64,000 nucleotides of DNA from an uncultured Chloroflexia bacterium (GCA_963766645.1 CAVYAY010000003.1:554926-618925); one strand, 5' to 3'. Numbered from the stretch's first letter, positions 12,186 to 21,893 are shown. A program made the numbers and translations. Notes: generated from the letters alone by a model not told the origin.

Positions 12186-12823
12186 GCCTTCACCTGCGAC
12201 ATGATGGCGAGGGGTTTCCCGTCCGGGTCGTTGAAGAACGCCATCCATTCTTCAATGCCGTCCGGGTGCTTGAAGATCATGTGCGGCGCGCCGCTGAATT
12301 CGACGCCGCGCGACGTGAGTTCTATGTGCGCGGCGTTGATGTCGGCGACCTGGAAGTAAAGCACGGAGTCGTTGTTGAGGCCCGGAACCTCGATCGTGGT
12401 CTGTTGCTCCAGGAACAGCCGCGTGCCACCGCAGTCGAAAAATGCCAGATTTCCGTACGTGTACAGGTGGGTGAGGCCCAGCACATCCCGATACCACGCC
12501 TCCGCCACCGCTATGTCCTTCACGGCCCGCGCTATCTGACCCAACGGCCCAAGTTGTAGACCACTGCCCATTTCGAACTCCCCTCGCTGCGTCGCGCTAT
12601 CAAACGGCCCGCCGCGCCATGATTTCAGCTCGGCACGTCCCGACAGACCAAACTTGGTCACGGCATTTTCAACATGGAACTTCACCGCGTCGAGGCTGAT
12701 GCCCCGCAGCCGGGCGATCTGACGGTTGCTCATGCCATGTCGCACTGCGTTGACGATGCGCCATTCCGTGGGAGTCAGCACGTCATGATGCCTTGGGCGT
12801 CCGCGTCTCGTTGTGATCGTCAC
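12182..12823 (-). CDS. LuxR-type HTH fused to a VOC/glyoxalase domain
   Basis: LTPTEWRIV..GMSNRQIA..SLDAVKFHV, then LGQIARAVKD..FFDCGGTRLFL..FFNDPDG. Confidence 0.85.
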   Translation of the reverse strand: MTITTRRGRPRHHDVLTPTEWRIVNAVRHGMSNRQIARLRGISLDAVKFHVENAVTKFGLSGRAELKSWRGGPFDSATQRGEFEMGSGLQLGPLGQIARAVKDIAVAEAWYRDVLGLTHLYTYGNLAFFDCGGTRLFLEQQTTIEVPGLNNDSVLYFQVADINAAHIELTSRGVEFSGAPHMIFKHPDGIEEWMAFFNDPDGKPLAIMSQVKA

Positions 12824-12864
12824 TGCGCCATGCTAGCGCTAACGGGAGGCGAATGACCCTCCCC

Positions 12865-13407
12865 CTACTGATTCGGCCAGTTCGGGTCGTGGCTTGCGCC
12901 AAGAATAAGGTCGCCAGGCCCCGCCATCACGAAGATCTTGTCCCCAACAATTTCAATCGGATATCGGCCCATGTCGCGTGACGACGGCCCGAATACTCGG
13001 ACTCCGTCTACGTTATAAGTGGACCCGTGACACGGCTCTCGGAACCAGCCCCTGGTGTCACGCCCCGTCTGAGGATCGCGAAACTCAAACCCCTCACGCC
13101 ACGGAATCGTGCAACCGTTGCGGGGATCGCTCCACGACAGCGCGATGAAATGACCGTCCGCCTGCTTGACCAGCCAGAACTTCCCCTCGGGGAACTTGAC
13201 CGGCAGGCCAACCTCGAACTGGTCGACCGTGCCCGCGTAGACTCTCGCCGCCGGGCTACCGACCTCGGCTTCGGGCCACGAGAACGAGACAAGGAACGCG
13301 ACGAACGCAATACCCATCGTGAGGATCAGCGCCAGGGCCGCCAACGAGGCGTAAACCTTGAGCCGACGCTCGTACTGTGGCGGCAGCCAAGAACCTTCGC
13401 GCGGCAT
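12865..13407 (-). CDS. Membrane-anchored Rieske-fold protein with non-canonical ligand motifs
   Basis: TM helix, SDPRNGCTIPW and FREPCHGSTYNVDG..GPSSRDM..YPI align with Rieske boxes; GGAGG SD before ATG 13407. Confidence 0.75.
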   Translation of the reverse strand: MPREGSWLPPQYERRLKVYASLAALALILTMGIAFVAFLVSFSWPEAEVGSPAARVYAGTVDQFEVGLPVKFPEGKFWLVKQADGHFIALSWSDPRNGCTIPWREGFEFRDPQTGRDTRGWFREPCHGSTYNVDGVRVFGPSSRDMGRYPIEIVGDKIFVMAGPGDLILGASHDPNWPNQ

Positions 13408-13459
13408 CACTTTCGCCTCCGCATCAAAATATCTGCCTGCCCGTCTCCTGGTGCAAGCA

Positions 13460-13486
13460 GAAACCGCCTCGTAACACAGACTTAAC
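13460..13486 (+). promoter_or_regulatory. GlnR-type box upstream of the amtB transcript
   Basis: GAAAC-N6-GTAAC-N6-TTAAC, 11-bp periodicity similar to the actinobacterial GlnR box (GTnAC-N6-GAAAC). Confidence 0.6.
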
Positions 13487-13547
13487 CTCCTAGTTATCTT
13501 TGAGAAATGCACCGAGCGTAGCCTTCCGAATCGAAAGGAGGTAACGC

Positions 13548-13784
13548 ATGGTCGCCTATGCAAGGCAACCGAGGGACGACGATCTGCTGTCGCCTTACAG
13601 CTTTGGTATCAATAACGGCACCCTTGGCGTTCGAGTCACAGAGGACGCCATCAACTCACTTCCCACGAATCTGAACTGCACCGCGGACTCAGGCCAGTCA
13701 TCAGACCAAGTCGTCCGGTCAGACTCTCTTTCTATGACGCTGTGGCACTCCACTGGCGCCGGGCGGAAAGGCGCCTCAACCTAG
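13548..13784 (+). CDS. Hypothetical 78-aa ORF in the amtB leader
   Basis: Strong SD AAAGGAGGT 5 nt before ATG; no recognisable domain. Confidence 0.4.
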   Translation: MVAYARQPRDDDLLSPYSFGINNGTLGVRVTEDAINSLPTNLNCTADSGQSSDQVVRSDSLSMTLWHSTGAGRKGAST

Positions 13785-13961
13785 CGATGCACGGATTGAG
13801 TGGCAGGCTCGTTTTGCATCGTGAACCTGCAAGCTAAAGGACATCGTGCGGTCGCGGCTATGGCTTCATCCATCGCGGATACGTCTGGCCTCTGACCTGG
13901 AAGGCGAAAGGAAGTGGCATTGGAAATGGTTAGCACGGAGGTTTTAGTCCAGGGACGGGGC

Positions 13962-15384
13962 ATGAGCGTTCTTCGCCGTTTGGCGAGTTGGCGTGTTTTC
14001 AGAATGACGCTCATGGGTCTCTGTGTTCTTTTAGTCGCGTCGGCGATGATGCAGGGCGTAGCCCTCGCAGACGGCGACCCGACCGGTGACGCGACGATCG
14101 AGGCCGACCCGACAGCGGCCGTCAACTTCACCTGGACGCTGATGGCAGCGTTCCTTGTCTTCTTCATGCAGGCGGGATTTGCCCTGCTGGAAGCCGGCTC
14201 CGTCCGCCAGAAGTCCGTGGCCAACGTTCTCACCAAGAACGTCATGGACTTCCTCATGTGCGGCATGGCCTTCTGGGCGTTCGGCTTCGCCATCATGTTC
14301 GGCGGCTCTGAGCTTGGCTCCGGCCTCGCCGATGGCAACAAACTCTTCGGTACGTCCGGCTGGTTCCTCACCGGTGACGCCTACGACGTGACGACGATCG
14401 AAATCTGGATGTTCCAGATGGTCTTCGCCGCCACCGCCGCGACGATCGTGTCCGGCACCATGGCCGAGCGCACCAAGATCAACGCCTACATGGCCTACAG
14501 CTTCCTGATCAGCGCGATCATCTACCCCGTCTACGGCCACTGGGTTTGGGGCGGCGGCTGGCTCGCGACGATGCAGCACACCTGCTGTCGACTTCGCCGG
14601 CTCCGGCGTCGTGCACACTGTCGGCGGCACGGCTGCCCTGGTAGGCGGCCTGATGCTGGGACCACGCATCGGCAAGTTCGGGCCGGACGGCAAGGCGCGC
14701 TTCATCCCCGGTCACAGCATGACGCTGGTGGTCCTCGGCATGCTGATCCTGTTCCTCGGCTGGTTCGGCTTTAACCCCGGCAGCACCCTGGCCGCGACCA
14801 GCCTGCGCATCTCGGTAATCGCCGTGAACACGTTCCTGGCCGGTATCGCGGGCGGCCTCGCCGCCTACTACATCCGATTCATCGAGACCGGTAAGGTCGA
14901 CATCGCGGCGACCTGCTCCGGCATCGTCGGCGGCCTCGTCGCCATCACGGCGCCCTGCGCCTTCGTGCCCTCATGGGCAGCCGTCGTCATCGGCGTCGTC
15001 GCCGGGCCGATCGTGGTTTACGGCGCTCGGTTCAACGAGGACATCCTCAAGCTGGACGACCCGGTTTGGGCCGTCCCCTGCCACATGTACTGCGGCCTCT
15101 GGGGCGTGCTATCTGTCGGCATCTTCGCCGACGGGACGTATGGCGGCATCTCCGGCCTGACTCGACGGCAACACCGACCAGATCGTTTCCCAGCTCATCA
15201 GCATGGTTGTCGGTCGTCGCCTGGACGGCGGTCACATCGGCAATCATCTTCGGCATCATCAAGATGACAATGGGCCTGCGAGTACCGGCCGAAGACGAAC
15301 TGGCAGGCGTCGACCTGACGGAGCACACTCAGATCGCTTACCCAGCAGACTCGGAGGTTGAGCTACGCCTCCGCGGGCGGGTAG
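13962..15384 (+). CDS. amtB: Ammonium transporter, frameshifted
   Basis: Signal peptide, FFMQAGFALLEAG, FQMVFAATAATIVSG..AER, HWVWGGGWL, DFAGSGVVH, GWFGFNPGS, LDDPV..H; start could be 13914. Confidence 0.93.
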
Positions 15385-15403
15385 CAGGGCTTCCACACGG
15401 AAT

Positions 15404-15445
15404 GGAGGGAGGGATGGCCGGTTGCCATCCCTCTCCTCTTCTTTG
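15404..15445 (+). terminator. amtB terminator
   Basis: GGAGGGAGGGATGGC..GCCATCCCTCTCC then TCTTCTTTGT. Confidence 0.65.
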
Positions 15446-15461
15446 TCTTCTCTTGGGTAAC

Positions 15462-15487
15462 AAAAAAGGCCGGCGCTGCCGGCCTTT
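15462..15487 (-). terminator. Terminator for the minus-strand small ORF
   Basis: AAAGGCCGGC-AGC-GCCGGCCTTTTTT on the minus strand. Confidence 0.7.
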
Positions 15488-15509
15488 CAAATTGACTGAG
15501 TCCTGGGAG

Positions 15510-15593
15510 CTAGCGCGCCTTCTTGATCATCGTCGGAACGACGGCAAAAAGCATAACCATGACGACGAAGGCACCAATGGCAACAAATTCCAA
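15510..15593 (-). CDS. 27-aa single-pass membrane peptide MEFVAIGAFVVMVMLFAVVPTMIKKAR
   Basis: SD GAGGAG 8 nt before TTG, hydrophobic helix with basic tail, own terminator and upstream repeat boxes; too short for the ORF track. Confidence 0.65.
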   Translation of the reverse strand: MEFVAIGAFVVMVMLFAVVPTMIKKAR

Positions 15594-15643
15594 CGACTTA
15601 TCTCCTCATCAGTTCTAGGTTTTAAGGAGAATAAAGGCCGTTC

Positions 15644-15681
15644 GTTACGTTTAGGTTTCGTCTGGCTTTCGTCCATGTTAA
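15644..15681 (-). promoter_or_regulatory. GlnR-type box array upstream of the 27-aa ORF
   Basis: Minus strand TTAAC-N6-GAAAG-N6-GAAAC-N6-GTAAC. Confidence 0.6.
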
Positions 15682-15707
15682 CTCTTTGAAACATGGGAAA
15701 GGTTGCG

Positions 15708-15756
15708 TTAACACGGTCTTCATCGACCGGAAACGCGCCAGTAATCGATGCGAAAT
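15708..15756 (+). promoter_or_regulatory. GlnR-type box array upstream of the winged-helix regulator
   Basis: TTAAC-N6-TTCAT-N6-GAAAC-N6-GTAAT-N6-GAAAT. Confidence 0.55.
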
Positions 15757-15797
15757 ACCATCCCGTTAGCATCGCCGTGAGCTAAGGGGAGAAGATC

Positions 15798-16130
15798 GTG
15801 GTGCGGCCGAACGAGATCCAGGATGAAGAAGAGTTGGTGCTGGGTAACGTGAAGGTCAATCTAAGGACATTCGGCGTCATGGTCCGCGACAGGGCGGTCA
15901 GCCTGACATTTCACGAGTTCGAACTGCTGCGTCTGCTTTGTCGCGAAGTCGACCGCATCGTTAACTACGACTCGCTGTGTCAGGCGCTGTGGAGCTCGAT
16001 GGGCCAGAAGGAGCGCCGTCGCCTAAGCGTCGCGATCTGCCGCCTGCGCGCCAAACTCGAGGCCTCCTGGCCGTATCGAGTTGAAACAGTACGCGGCCGA
16101 GGCTACGGCTTTATCGCCGCCGAAGCGTAA
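15798..16130 (+). CDS. Stand-alone OmpR/PhoB-type winged-helix DNA-binding protein (no receiver domain)
   Basis: VSLTFHEFELLRLL, LSVAICRLRAKL, VETVRGRGYGF; SD AAGGGGAG. Confidence 0.85.
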   Translation: MVRPNEIQDEEELVLGNVKVNLRTFGVMVRDRAVSLTFHEFELLRLLCREVDRIVNYDSLCQALWSSMGQKERRRLSVAICRLRAKLEASWPYRVETVRGRGYGFIAAEA

Positions 16131-16179
16131 CCGGCAGAGCAACGTGGTTCGCGGCTGACTGCTCTCTCCGCGGCCCGCC

Positions 16180-16227
16180 ATAGGACGAGGACGGTCCAAG
16201 CCCCGACGGGCCGTCCTCGTCCTATTT
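16180..16227. terminator. 18-bp hairpin between convergent genes
   Basis: ATAGGACGAGGACGGTCC..GGGCCGTCCTCGTCCTAT. Confidence 0.7.
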
Positions 16228-16243
16228 GCGTCGCCTCGGAATG

Positions 16244-17242
16244 CTAAGAGCCGGGGATGAGTCGTTACTTTGATCGGCCGGTCGTCCTTCGACACGGCGG
16301 CCTCGAACGCGTCCGCGACGCGGCTCAGCGGGAACTGGTGCGTCTGAAGCACCTTCAGCTCGTCCTTGAAGTGCGGCAGTATCTTCGTCGAAGCGCGGAA
16401 CTCGGGTCCGTGCTCGCTGGTGCCAAAGAACGCCGAGCCCATAATCTTCAGCTCCTTGTGGATTAGCGCGCGCATGTCCAGCGGCGGGTTCTCAGAGAAC
16501 AGGCCCAGTACCACGATGCGTCCATCCGGGCCGGCAGGCAGCCGTCGCCTGCTCCATCGTGTTGGCGTGCCCGCCGACGGTCTCGATGATGACGTCCGGA
16601 CCGTAGTCCTGCGCCCACTCGACCACCTCGCTCCTCCGGCACGGCCTCCAGGCCGAGCTTCGCCGCCGCCGCAGCCTGCGACGGGTAGCGATAGCTAATC
16701 GCAACCCGCTCAGCGGTATCGCGCGCCAGCAGACCGCTGATCAGGCCCAGGCTGCCGGCGCCCAGGATCAGGACCCGCGTGTCCATCTTCAGGTCGGCCA
16801 GGTGCACGGCTCGCGTGCAGATCCCGAACGGCTCGGTCAGCGATGCCTCGATCGGCGTTAGGGACGGGTCGCTGGGATAGACGTGCATCGCCGGCACGTC
16901 GATGAAGTCGGCCAGGCCGCCGGGCACCGACGCGCCAACAAGGCCCGCCTTGCGGCAAAGCTGTACCTTGCCGATGCGGCAGAACTCGCACTCGCCACAC
17001 CACAGCCACGGCTCTACGGCGTAGAGCTCGTCAGGCAGATCGACTGTCGACTCCATGATCGTGCCCGACATCTCGTGACCGGGTTTGCCGCCGGCGCGGA
17101 TCTTGCCGTCTTTGTAGCCATGCAGGTCGGAGCCGCAGATACCGCAGGCGTGTATCTTCAGGCGCACCCAGCCGTCCTGCAGCGCCGGCGGCTCCACGTC
17201 TTTGAGGACGATGCCCTGTTCAGTCCACAGGCTCTGCAGCAT
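16244..17242 (-). CDS. Zinc-binding alcohol dehydrogenase (threonine/sorbitol DH-like), frameshifted
   Basis: CGICGSDLH, GHE, CGECEFCRIG...C, GAGSLG. Confidence 0.88.
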
Positions 17243-17308
17243 GACGATCCTCTCTAAAGCCGGGGGAATCCACCGGAACCTTACCGAAGGCGAATCTGTA
17301 GCGTATCC

Positions 17309-18391
17309 CTAATTCAGGTTCAGGACGCTGCGGGCCACCTCGCCGCGGCCCAGGGCCGCAAAGGCTTCGTTGGCGCCGGAGAGCGGGTACTCCCTCGTGA
17401 TCAGCTCATCCAGCATCAGCTTGCCTTCCTGGTACAGCCTGAGCAGCCGCGGGAACTCGATCTGCGGCCGCGCCGAGCCGTACAACGAGCCCATAACCAT
17501 CTTCTCCTGCATCAGCGTCCGCGCGTCGATGGTCACCGGCGTATTCAGCGGTGCGTGACCAACCCAGACCGTTAGGCCGCGCTTGCGCGTGCAGTGGATG
17601 CTCTGCAGGAATGGCTCCGGCACCAGGCCGATGGCCTCGAAGGCGTAGTGCACGCCGAGACCGCCCGTGAGCCCCATGATCTGCTCGACCGGATCGCCTT
17701 TCGATGCGTTCACCAGGTCCGTGGCGCCGAACTTCTTCGACATCTCGAGCTTGTTGTCCAGCATATCGACGGCGATGATCTGGCTCGCGTTGGCAAGACG
17801 CGCGCCCTGGATCACGTTGAGGCCCACGCCGCCGCACCCGAACACTGCAACCGTCGAGCCCGGCTGGACCTTCGCCGTGTTGATCGCCGCGCCGACGCCC
17901 GTCGTGACGCCGCAGCCGACCAGCGAGGCTTGCGCGAACGGGATGTCGGGGTCAATTGGCACAGCCGCGACCTCCGGCACCAGCGCGTACTCCGCGAAAG
18001 TTCCCAGGCTACCTGCCTTGCCGAACGCCTGGTCCGTGCCGTGCTTGACGGCTTGCGTGGAGACCGTTGGCGACTTGTAGCAGAGCACCGGCCAGCCCTT
18101 CTGGCACATCTCGCAGATGCCGCAGTTGGTGCGCCAGGACAGGATGACGTGGTCGCCTGCCTTGACGTTTCGGACGCCCTCGCCGACCTGCTCGACGATT
18201 CCGGCGCCTTCGTGGCCAAGGATTAGCGGGAAGAGCTGAGTACCCCATTCGCCCTTGAGGATGTGCCAGTCCGAGTGACAAACGCCGCTGGCCATCAGCT
18301 TGACCAGCACCTCGCCCGTGGCCGGCTTAGCCAGGTCGACTTCTTCGACGACAACGTCGCCGTTGGGTTCGTACGCGATCGCAGCCTTCAT
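17309..18391 (-). CDS. Zn-dependent alcohol dehydrogenase (class III-like)
   Basis: SGVCHSD, LGHEGAG, CGICEMC, GCGVTTGVGA, GCGGVGL. Confidence 0.92.
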   Translation of the reverse strand: MKAAIAYEPNGDVVVEEVDLAKPATGEVLVKLMASGVCHSDWHILKGEWGTQLFPLILGHEGAGIVEQVGEGVRNVKAGDHVILSWRTNCGICEMCQKGWPVLCYKSPTVSTQAVKHGTDQAFGKAGSLGTFAEYALVPEVAAVPIDPDIPFAQASLVGCGVTTGVGAAINTAKVQPGSTVAVFGCGGVGLNVIQGARLANASQIIAVDMLDNKLEMSKKFGATDLVNASKGDPVEQIMGLTGGLGVHYAFEAIGLVPEPFLQSIHCTRKRGLTVWVGHAPLNTPVTIDARTLMQEKMVMGSLYGSARPQIEFPRLLRLYQEGKLMLDELITREYPLSGANEAFAALGRGEVARSVLNLN

Positions 18392-18478
18392 GTTGTTCGC
18401 CTCTATCTGAATACGAGACAGCGGGGATAGTGACTAAGACTAGCGCCAGCACGAAGCAACTAGCAATAAGACGCCCGG

Positions 18479-19391
18479 TCAGGGGTTGAGGCGCATGTCC
18501 AAGTACTCTCGGAGGCGTCGCACGTACTCGACCGGCTCAGCCTTGAACATGTCGACGTGGTCGACGCCGGGCAAGGTCCAGAGTTGACTACCTGGAGCGG
18601 CGGCTTTGAGGATACGTTCGCTGTGCGAGACCGGGATCCTGGAGTCCGCCTCGCCGTGGATCAATAGCACCGGGTAGTCCAGCCTCGCCACGTCACGTTC
18701 CGGCTTCAGGTCACCTATGTCGATGCCGTACAGCAGGTTGGCGAAAAAGCGAGGCTGCCGGCAAGAAGATAGGCGCCAGGGTTTTGGGAATGGGCGTGGT
18801 GCGTGCCGTCTCCTGCGCCAGCAAGTCGCCAACATCGGCAAAAGGGCTGTCAGCGACGACAGCCGCGATTCCTGTCTCCTCGGCGGCTGACATTATCGCC
18901 AGCCCGGCGCCGAAAGAAAAGCCTATGAGCCCGACCCGACCCGGTTCGGCGCCGTGACTCACGACAGCGTCATAGGCGCCCAGGACATCCTCCCGCTCAG
19001 AGTCGCCCGCCGTGACCCTGCCGCCACCAGACTCACCATGCGCTCGCAAGTCGAACAAGAGAACGTTATAGCCGCCGTCCTGCACCAGACGCGCAGCGAT
19101 CTCCATGGCGCCGTCCCCGGTGCGCTGACTGCCTACACCGTGCACGAAGACAAGAAACGGTCCGTCCTGGGAGCCCTCGAGCAACCAGCCTCGCAAAGAC
19201 ACATCGCCGTCTCGCGACAGGAACATGATCGGTTCGTAATTCAGGCCGTAGTCCTCAGGAATCGCCTCGAACGGCTCTCGCTCTGCCCGGGTCGCTCCGT
19301 ACACGATGGCCAACGCCACGAGAACGTAAGCGGTCAGAGCGACTCCCAGCGCCATCGAGACGCCGATTCGGACACGGAACCACGTTCGCAT
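18479..19391 (-). CDS. Membrane-anchored alpha/beta hydrolase, frameshift near 18755
   Basis: FDLRAHGES, GFSFGA elbow, HGEADSRI, VDH. Confidence 0.85.
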
Positions 19392-19472
19392 TCGGAACGA
19401 TTATGCAGAGCGTGAAAGAAAGAGGCCTTGCCAAACCATAGCAAGACCTCGTCCGGACGCCGAGGGCGTCGC

Positions 19473-19853
19473 TTAGCTCTTCGCCCAGCGCAACCAGAGC
19501 TTACCGCCGTCGGCCGTCGCGGGAGACAGCGTGTACACGGCATCGGGGTCGTTCTGGCGTTCGTAGACGGTGTTACCACCCGGGAGTGGAATGTCCGAAG
19601 AGGACGCCTCTCCGATGGCATGGAATTCACTATCTTCGAACATGCCCTCGTGCAGCTCCAGCGTCAACATGTAGCGCCGGCCTTCGAATTCAAGGAAGCG
19701 ATCGCGTGGCACGAGGCCGCCCCCGGGCGAGACGACCGGAGGGCCGTCCTCAGGTACTGATGTCCCCGGCTCGTTGCTTCCGCCGCTGCAACCTACTGCA
19801 AAGATCGCCAGTGCTGTCACTACGCCCGCGATCAGGATGTTGAGCTTGTTCAT
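19473..19853 (-). CDS. Hypothetical lipoprotein
   Basis: MNKLNILIAG..AVGC lipobox; SD AGAGGAG. Confidence 0.65.
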   Translation of the reverse strand: MNKLNILIAGVVTALAIFAVGCSGGSNEPGTSVPEDGPPVVSPGGGLVPRDRFLEFEGRRYMLTLELHEGMFEDSEFHAIGEASSSDIPLPGGNTVYERQNDPDAVYTLSPATADGGKLWLRWAKS

Positions 19854-19998
19854 CGATCTCCTCTTTGGACTTACGAATTTAGTTTCCACCTTCATGACGC
19901 CGAGAGCGGCGTTTTGGTTCCCCAGGTTCGTTGACACTCACTTGCTCGGCGGCGAGAATCCGTCTGACCCCGCGCCGGTGAACTAGAGGAGCCGTCAA

Positions 19999-21096
19999 GT
20001 GCCGGAGTACGACAGCCTGTTCGTGAGTAATGAAGAGATCGTACTCGCGGCGCGTAAGAACCTGCCCCAGGGCGCGTGGGACTACCTGGTCGGCGGCTCC
20101 GAGTCCGAAACCACGCTGCGCCGCAATCGCCTCGCCTTTGACCGCTGGGGCTTCCGGCCTCGCATCCTGGTAGACGTCTCGAACATCGACACCTCAACCA
20201 CGTTCCTCGGCGAGAAGATGCGCATCCCGGCCATGCTGGCGCCCGTCGGCTCGCTGCAGACGTTTACACCGGAGGGCGCCGTCGCTGCCGCGAGGGCTGC
20301 CACCGAGTTCGGTACGGCGCACTGCGTTAGCTCCGTGACGGAGCCGGCCTGGGAAGAGACCGCGGCCGCCGGCGCGAAGTTCTTCCAGCTCTACGTCCAG
20401 GGCGACGATGACTGGGCCCGCGACGCCGTGCAGCGCATCAAGGCTACGGGCTACAAGGCGCTCGCCCTTACGGTTGACACCGCGATCTACAGCCGCCGCG
20501 AGCGCCCCATGCTCAACCACTGGGCGCCACCGACGCGACGCGGACTTCCAGGACGGAACTTCCTCTCGGAATTGACCTGGCGCAAGCTCGACGTGATCAA
20601 GGAGGCCTGGGGCGACCTGCCGCTCATTGTCAAGGGCGTCGCCACCGTCGAGGACGCTCTGCTTTGCATCGAGCATGGCGTTCAAGTGATATGGGTCTCG
20701 AACCACGGAGGGCGCCAGCTCGACCACGGCCTCGGCAGCATGGACGTGCTCCCCGAAATCGTCCAGGCAGTCGATGGCAAGGCCGACGTCATCCTCGACG
20801 GTGGGGTTCAGCGTGGCTCCGACATCGTCAAGGCTGTCGCGCTGGGGGCGAAGTGCGTCGCCCTCGGGCGCCTACAGGCCTGGGCGCTCGGCGCTGCCGG
20901 AGAGGCGGGCTGCCTCAGGATGCTCGAGATTCTCGAGAACGAGGTCATCTCCGCGATGGGACTGATGGGCGTCACAAGCCTCGACCAGCTCAACGACCGC
21001 TACGTCTGCCGCGCCGAGCCCGTGATCCCGCCCCACGAGATGAGCATGTGGACCAACATGCCGACGCCCCAGGGTCCCGGAGGGCGGCTACTTTAG
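19999..21096 (+). CDS. FMN-dependent alpha-hydroxy acid oxidase/dehydrogenase
   Basis: RPRILVDVS, FFQLY, LTVD, IVKGV, VSNHGGRQLD, DGGVQRGSDIVKAVALGA. Confidence 0.93.
   Translation: MPEYDSLFVSNEEIVLAARKNLPQGAWDYLVGGSESETTLRRNRLAFDRWGFRPRILVDVSNIDTSTTFLGEKMRIPAMLAPVGSLQTFTPEGAVAAARAATEFGTAHCVSSVTEPAWEETAAAGAKFFQLYVQGDDDWARDAVQRIKATGYKALALTVDTAIYSRRERPMLNHWAPPTRRGLPGRNFLSELTWRKLDVIKEAWGDLPLIVKGVATVEDALLCIEHGVQVIWVSNHGGRQLDHGLGSMDVLPEIVQAVDGKADVILDGGVQRGSDIVKAVALGAKCVALGRLQAWALGAAGEAGCLRMLEILENEVISAMGLMGVTSLDQLNDRYVCRAEPVIPPHEMSMWTNMPTPQGPGGRLL
21029..21096 (+). repeat. 68-bp direct repeat, copy 1 (3' end of the oxidase gene)
   Basis: Identical to 21894-21961. Confidence 0.95.
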
Positions 21097-21235
21097 CGAG
21101 ACACCTCGCTGCTTTCGGACCCAGTCCTGGGAGTCCCCCAATGTCGACCCTGGCCGAACGGACGGGGCTTGAATGCCTTTCAGCGCCTCAGGTGGTCACT
21201 GACCGCTGACTCATTCAACTAGAATCGCTCCCACA

Positions 21236-21862
21236 ATGGACGAGTCAACTTTCCGATACTCTTGGACGAGTGACGAAGCCTTCCTTAGGTGCTCAATATT
21301 CATCTGTCTCGTAGGAATCGTCTGCGCTCTGGGCGCTGTCATTTCCCTCTACTTTGCCATCGGTCGTGAAGTCATCGCAGCGCTATTGCTCGCCTTCCTC
21401 CTCCCAATCTGTCTCGCTTGTTTGTTTTCATCCCGCCGCCGCGTGCGGGACATGCGTGAAGGGCCAAGTTATGTATCTGGAGTCGTGACAAACCTGAGCA
21501 AGAAGTTTTTCGGTTTCGGCTCGGAAATCGAGGTGTCTTTGCTCTCGGGCACAAAGCCCCAGCGTTGTAGGTTCCAGGTCGCCAACCAGGACTTCGCACA
21601 CATTCCATTTCGCGGCCAGCTCCGGCTTCTCCGCTACCCTCACTCCGGAGTAACTGTTTCCGTCCAACGTTTCAACTATGAAACGCAGGAGTTCGTCGAC
21701 ATTCGTGCAGGGGGCACCAGTGGCGGAGTTTGGATAGGCGGGACGGCCATGACTTTTACATTGATGAGACCTTGGTTTCGGCCTCGGCTTACTCCTCGCG
21801 TCGGCACCACTCTGGCTGCTCGCCTTCCTGATAGCCCGGATTGCAGTCGCCACCAGGCGTAA
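21236..21862 (+). CDS. Hypothetical two-TM membrane protein (cargo between the direct repeats)
   Basis: 208-aa ORF with two hydrophobic helices, visibly lower GC than its flanks, TAGAAT -10 shortly upstream. Confidence 0.6.
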   Translation: MDESTFRYSWTSDEAFLRCSIFICLVGIVCALGAVISLYFAIGREVIAALLLAFLLPICLACLFSSRRRVRDMREGPSYVSGVVTNLSKKFFGFGSEIEVSLLSGTKPQRCRFQVANQDFAHIPFRGQLRLLRYPHSGVTVSVQRFNYETQEFVDIRAGGTSGGVWIGGTAMTFTLMRPWFRPRLTPRVGTTLAARLPDSPDCSRHQA

Positions 21863-21893
21863 CGCCTGAAGGTCGATTTGTACTTCCAAGACG

